From assembly GCF_006345805.1 (NCBI RefSeq), contig NW_021834565.1, positions 1-55,999 on the forward strand: a stretch of DNA of 55,999 bases, in the 5' to 3' direction. Within the stretch, counting starts at the first letter, position 1; each line of letters begins with the position of its first letter. Both the position numbers and the translations under genes were made by a program. The DNA is from Octopus sinensis (taxonomy: Eukaryota). The notes under the pieces were generated by a model that was not told the DNA's origin, made no database searches, and worked only from the letters and a program-made list of their open reading frames with translations. This document shows positions 50,172-55,999 of the stretch, in pieces.

Positions 50172-50759
50172 TTAGAGCAGCAGCCAGCCAGTTAGTGTAG
50201 TAGTAGCAGTAGTAGTAGTAGTAGTTAGTAGCTGTCTAGTAAGTAGTTAGTAGTAGTAGTAGTAGTAGTAGGAGTAGTAGTCAATGTCCGTCCGACCGGC
50301 TCTACATCTACGTCAATGTTATCGTTGTTGTCGTATTCACATCATTATCGTCATCATCATCAGCATGAGCGTGAATTTGATCTTGCTTGTCGTTGTCATC
50401 ATTAACATCATTCGAAATGCTACAGCAACAAGAGTTGATAACTAAAAACAACAACAACATCAACAACAGTTCACAAAAGGAGCAGCGACTGCAAAAGTGA
50501 TTCTATAATCAGCAAAACTCGAATCTCTCGGAAAACAACAGCAATGACCGTAGCAACAAAAATGGCAACAGGGTAGCAACAGTTACGCCACTAACAACAA
50601 CAATAACAACATCAACAATCTCAATTGCTTACATAAATAATTACGAAGCAACAACAACAAAAACAACAACAACGGTGACAAGAACAGAGACCGATAGCGA
50701 AAAGAGTGGCTGTAACAACTACAGCAACTACATTACTACCAACAGCTGCAATACCAATC

Positions 50760-51760
50760 ATTTGGGGGGAGGGGTTAAGTCGATTACATAGACCTCAGTA
50801 GGCTGCTGGTACTTATTTAATCAACCCTGAAAGGATGAAAGCCAAAGTTGGCCTCAGCGGAATACCTATTTCTTTATTACCCACAAGGGGCCAAACACAG
50901 AGAGGACAAACAAGGACAGACAAACGGATTAAGTCGATTATATCGACTCCAGTGCGTAACTGGTACTTATTTAATCGACCCCGAAAGTATGAAAGGCAAA
51001 GTCGACCTCGACGGAATTTGAACCCTAGAACGTAGCGGCAGACGAAATACCGCTAAGCATTTCCGTCCAGCGTGCATCATCATCTTCATCATTACCGCCA
51101 CCAATCATCGCCGCCTTAACAATACCTTTTTGGTTGGTACTCCGTCGGTTACGACGACGAGTGTTCCAGTTGATCCAATCAACAGAACAACCTGCTCGTG
51201 AAATTAACATGCAAGTGGCTGAGCACTGCACAGAAACGTGTACCTTTAACGTAGTTCTCGGGGAGATTCAGTGTGACACAGGGTGTGACAAGGCTGGCCC
51301 TTTGAAATACAGGTACAACAGAAACAGGAAGATAGAGTGAGAGAAATTCGTGGTGAAAGAGTACAGCAGGGTTTGCCACCACCCCTGCCGGAGCCTCGTG
51401 AAGCTTTAGGAGCTTTCGCTCAATAAACACTCACAATACCCGGTCTGGGAATCGAAACCGCGATCCTACGATCGCGAGTCCGATGTCCTAACCACTGGGC
51501 CATTGCGCCGCCACCTTAACAATACCTATTTCTTTACTACCCACAGGGGGCTAAACACAGAGAGGACAAACAAGGACAGGCATAGGTATTAAGACGATTA
51601 TATCGACCCCAGTGCGTAACTGGTACTTATTTAATCGACCCCGAAAGGATGAACGGCAAAGTCGACCTCGGCGGAATTTGAACTCAGAACGTTGCGGCAG
51701 ACGAAATACTGCTAAGCATTTCGCCCGGCGTGCTAACGATTCTGCCAGCTCACCACCTTA
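50760..51760 (-). mobile_element. Stack of minus-strand SINEs (B partial, B, C-head/D-tail chimera, B)
   Basis: Units at about 50760-50860, 50866-51118, 51136-51513 and 51524-51757. Confidence 0.85.
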
Positions 51761-51934
51761 ACAATACCAATCATAATGACAATAGGAACAACCACATTAC
51801 AACAACAGCAAAACCACCTGCTTTACTACCAGCGATAAGCGTACGTGTTATGATAACCACAAACATGAGACGTCCAACATCAAAACCGAAACTACGTAAC
51901 CACGTTGTACGGGGATTAATATACATGACATAGT

Positions 51935-53180
51935 AAGGCTACGAGATGGCAGAATCGTTAGCACGCTGGGCGAAATGCGTAGCCGTATTTCGTCTGCCGC
52001 TACGTTCTGAGTTCAAATTCCGCCGAGGTCGACTTTGCCTTTTATCCTTTCGCGGTCGATAAACTAAGTACCAGTTACGCACTGGGGTCTATGTAATCGA
52101 CTTAATTCGTTTGTCTGTCCTTGTTTGTCCCCTCTGTGTGTAGCCCCTTGTGGGTAATAAAGAAACATGTATAACCACGTTGTACGGGGATTAATATACA
52201 TGAGATAGTAAGGCTACGAGATGGCAGAATCGTTAGCATGCAGGGCGAAATGCTTTGCGCCATTTCATCCGTCTTTATGTTTTGAGTTCGTGATCGATTG
52301 ACGAAATAATACCAGTTGAACACGGAGGTCGACATAGTCGGCTTAGGCCCTCCCTCCAAAATTTCTGACATTTTTCCAAAATTTGAAACCAATACAAAAT
52401 ATAGTCCACTATTATGTTAGATCCTAAGGCTGTGAGTTGGCAGAACCGTTTTCACGCAGGGCGAAATACTTGCGGTCTTCCGCCTCTCGCTACGTTCTGA
52501 GTTCAAATTCCGCCGAAGTCCACATTGCTATTCATCCTTTCGGGGTTGATAAATTAAGTACAAGTTGCGTACTGGAGTCGATCTAATCGACTGGCCCCCT
52601 CCCCCAAAATGTCAAGCCTTGTGCCTAGAGTAGAAAAGAATAATGATTTCTGTTGTAATTGTATTAATTATATTGTATTAATTATTGTTATTGTTATTAC
52701 TATTACTGAGCCGGTCAAAGTGCAAAGATGCATTCCGTCCATGTTTTCCTCTTGAGTTCACGTGCCGCTGAGGTGAACTTTGCCGTTCATTCTTTCGGCG
52801 TCTTTACGTTCTGAGATCACATTCCGCCGTGGTCCACTTTGCTTTTCATCCTTTCGGGGTCGATAAATTAAGTACAAGTTGCGTACTGGAGTTGATCTAA
52901 TCGACTGGCCCTCTCCCCCAAAATGTCAGGCCTTGTGCCTAGAGTAGAAACGAGTATATAAGATCCTAAGGCAGCGAGCTGGCAGAACCGTTTGCACGTC
53001 GGGCGAAATACTCAGCAGCAATTCGTTCGTCTTCATTTTCTGAGTTCAAATTCCGCTGAGATCCACTTTACCTTTCATCCTTTCGGCGTCAATAAAACAA
53101 GTACCAGTTGCATACTGGGGGTCGGTGTGGTCGACGTCCCCTCTTCCCCGAACTTGCAAGTCGTGTGCCAAAATTGGAAA
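51935..53180 (+). mobile_element. Stack of plus-strand family B/B2 SINEs
   Basis: Repeated heads TAAGGC..GAG.TGGCAGAA at about 51935, 52210, 52426 and 52966; repeated B2 tails GTGCCTAGAGTAGAAA. Confidence 0.85.
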
Positions 53181-53459
53181 TTAATACGTAAGATATAATT
53201 CAATATAATATTTGGTCGCATTTACATTTCTCCCACCCCACCCTTCTTTCCCCATTCCTCTTCCTCTTCCTTTTCCTCTAAACCATCTTTCATCTAGCTA
53301 CTTCATTTAATCTCATTTATCATCTCCCGTCCCCCTCTCTCTCCTTCGCCTACCTCATTATTTCTTTATCTTTCTCACCAACATATGTTCCATCTTTCTC
53401 TCTTTTTCTCTTTCTCTTTCGCTTCCTCTCTTCCTCTCCACCCCCTCTCTCTCTCTCCT

Positions 53460-53521
<62 letters not shown>

Positions 53522-54687
53522 CTCAATCTTTCGCTCAATCTTTCTGGCTTTCCAAAACTTCATTATGCTATTGGCGTTGATGATAATGAAAATGATGATG
53601 ATGATGACGATTCAATTTCATGCAGTTTCGTTTTCTTAATCTCCCCCTCCCCGCCCTCTCTCTTTTCCTCTTTTCCTTTTCGTAAATCTTTATCCCTATC
53701 TTTCCCTCCACATTTCCTCCAATGGTAAATTTTCCAGTCAGTTCACCTTAATCTCTCTCTCTCTCTCATTCTCTATCATCTATCTATCTCTCTTTCTTTA
53801 TATCCCTCTCACCACACATCTATTCCTGCCCTTCTCTCTCACATGTTCAATACAGAGATATACACACACGTTTTTTTTCTTTCTTTCTTTCTATATCTCC
53901 TTAAAAAAAAAACAACGAGGTATAAACCGGATGTTGTCGATGTCATACCGGAACTAATCTCACTTGACCGAGAATTGCAAGCTGTACCGCAAGATTTCAA
54001 GATTTGAACCGAGTTCCTTTTTTCAAAAAATACTCTTTTTGAAGTCTCTTATTCATTTATTCCTAAATATTCCATCGATAAATTCTGCCACTCCACGAAT
54101 CCTTGAAGCAATGTCATCCGGTCGTCGAAATCACGGGAAATCGTGCAGAGAGGGTAAAGTTAGAAAATGGTGGACACAACCTAATCAAAAACGAAACAAA
54201 CAAACAAAAACATTTTATCTAACGCTCTGTCATGTCTATTTGCTATTCAGATGATATTTTTCAATATTATTATACTAAGCACTAGAGCTGTATATCGGTC
54301 AATGACATTGAATTTCTTTATTGCCCACAAGGGGCCAATTGGTCAATGACATTGGCAGAATTATTAGAATGGGTTCGGCAAGCTTCTTATATCATCCATG
54401 CAGGGTTTCGAGTTCAAATCTCGCCACAGGCATCTTTGGTTTCCCACCTTTTGATAAAATAAAGTAACAATCAAATATTACTATGGATATAACCAACAAA
54501 CACTCGTTCTTGAAAATTTTTGTATTGCCCCTAAATTAGACACCATTTGTTTTTGGAAAATTCCATTTTACCTTACTGCTTTCGGTTAGTAATAACATTT
54601 TTATGGAGAGAAGAGAAATTGATAAAATCTAAACCAAAAGGTATTGTATTCTGAAATGGTGTTTGTTTTAAGGATTTTGATATATAG

Positions 54688-54832
54688 ATGCAGGTGTGGT
54701 AGTGCGGTAAGAAGTTCGCTCCTCATCCACATGATTTTGGGTTCTGTCCCACTATATTGTACTTTTACTATAGCAAAGCTTTGTGAGTGGATCTGGTAGA
54801 CAGAAACTGAGAGAAGAAAATTGTATGTCTGT
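54688..54832 (+). mobile_element. SINE family A head, degenerate
   Basis: GCAGGTGTGGTAGTGCGGTAAG...GAAACTGAGAGAAG. Confidence 0.65.
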
Positions 54833-55244
54833 GTGTGTGGAAAACAAAGAAGTCACGTGTTGCTTAGAAAAAGTTTTAACGCCTTTTCGTTTTGCTGCTA
54901 AAAGAGTCCTTTTTTTTTCTTTGTATACACATACACACACACGCTCACATATATATACATACACATATACACGCACACACATACATACAGTTTTGTTTTA
55001 AAGATGCCAAATTAAACACGACTATGTTCAAATTTGAACGTTTTTTATTATCGTTTTTCCTATTTAAGTACCGGACTATGACATCTTATTTGGAACAATA
55101 AAATTCCCAAATTCCTTTTTAGCGATTTTCAGGCTCAGTTTTAATATTCATCATGTTAAGTGGTATAAGCTACTGTGTTACTATTTTAAAGTATTTGATT
55201 TATGTTTAAATGTGTGTTTTTGCGTGTATACAATACCGGTATTT

Positions 55245-55420
55245 CAGACATGTTTTTCTCCCATTTTTTTCTCTCTCAACCTGTTTTCTTTTCTCATTGT
55301 AGAAGACCGAAAACTCGAAACGTCAAAAACATATTCCATTCTTTCTGGACCTCAGAAACTGATACAACCTGCTTGCTGTCCTTTCACAGGTCTCTGCTTC
55401 TTTCAAATTTATGTATTCTT
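55245..55420 (+). mobile_element. Decayed relative of the 17225 Penelope-like repeat
   Basis: GAAGAC...CTCGAAACGTCAAAAAC, then CTGATACAACCTGCTTGCTGT, parallels CTCGAAACGTTAAAGAC...CTATACACTTGCTTGT. Confidence 0.5.
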
Positions 55421-55764
55421 TTATACGTGTGTATGTATGTATATGCATATATATTTTAGAAGGCGAGAAAACTAACATCATCGCCTATGGGAAATCACGC
55501 GTCTGCTGTGAACTGTATAACCGAGTAACCGCTAAACCATCGTGACATCACAACATCACCCGCTAAATTAGAAACAATAACCTACCCAGGAGTGCATGTA
55601 CAAGCGGTCTGCCAATGGGGTATTCAACCACAACAGTATGAAGGCACATCATTATGTACATAGACATACACATATGCACACATACAAAGATATACATGCA
55701 AATGCATACACATATATATATATATGTATGTCTGTGCGTGTCTGTGTATGTGTGTGTGTGTCTT

Positions 55765-55975
55765 TGAGTCTATATCTGTATGTGTCTCACCACTGCTTGA
55801 CAACCGGTGCTGGCGTTCTTTTTAAGTCTCCGTAACATAGTGATTCGGCAAAAGATTTCGATAAAATAAATACCATCTTTAAAAGCAAAATAAACAATAG
55901 CGTTGATTCATTCGACTTAGAATTCTTCAAAACGGTACCGCAACATGGCCACAGTCTAATGACTGGAACAACTCA
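55765..55975 (+). mobile_element. SINE family A 3' half, degenerate
   Basis: GCTTGACAACCGGTGCTGG...CAACATGGCCACAGTC...GACTGGAAC. Confidence 0.7.
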
Positions 55976-55999
55976 AATATATATATATATATATATATA

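Overview
This is eukaryotic, AT-rich, microsatellite-saturated DNA that looks intergenic or deep-intronic. The SINE content and repeat style suggest an octopus (cephalopod) genome; this is an inference and no database search was run. No host protein-coding exon, rRNA, bona fide tRNA or CRISPR array can be supported, and almost all ORFs in the supplied track are translations of simple repeats. The window holds many copies of at least four tRNA-derived SINE families, 3' fragments of CR1-, RTE- and R4/Dong-type LINEs, a Penelope GIY-YIG remnant, several MITEs and several long fold-back structures. The main discovery is an LTR-like element at 32563-33201 (279 bp repeat + 81 bp spacer + 279 bp repeat; period 360 bp). 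Each repeat carries, on the minus strand, a minimal type I hammerhead ribozyme with a compensatory U3-A8 core (TTGACAA instead of CTGANGA) and a palindromic stem III. This is the architecture of a retrozyme or mini-Penelope element that could release a 360-nt unit RNA able to circularise. At least seven further hammerhead-like motifs, from several distinct repeat families, sit in Penelope-type direct or inverted repeats next to (TA)n tracts.
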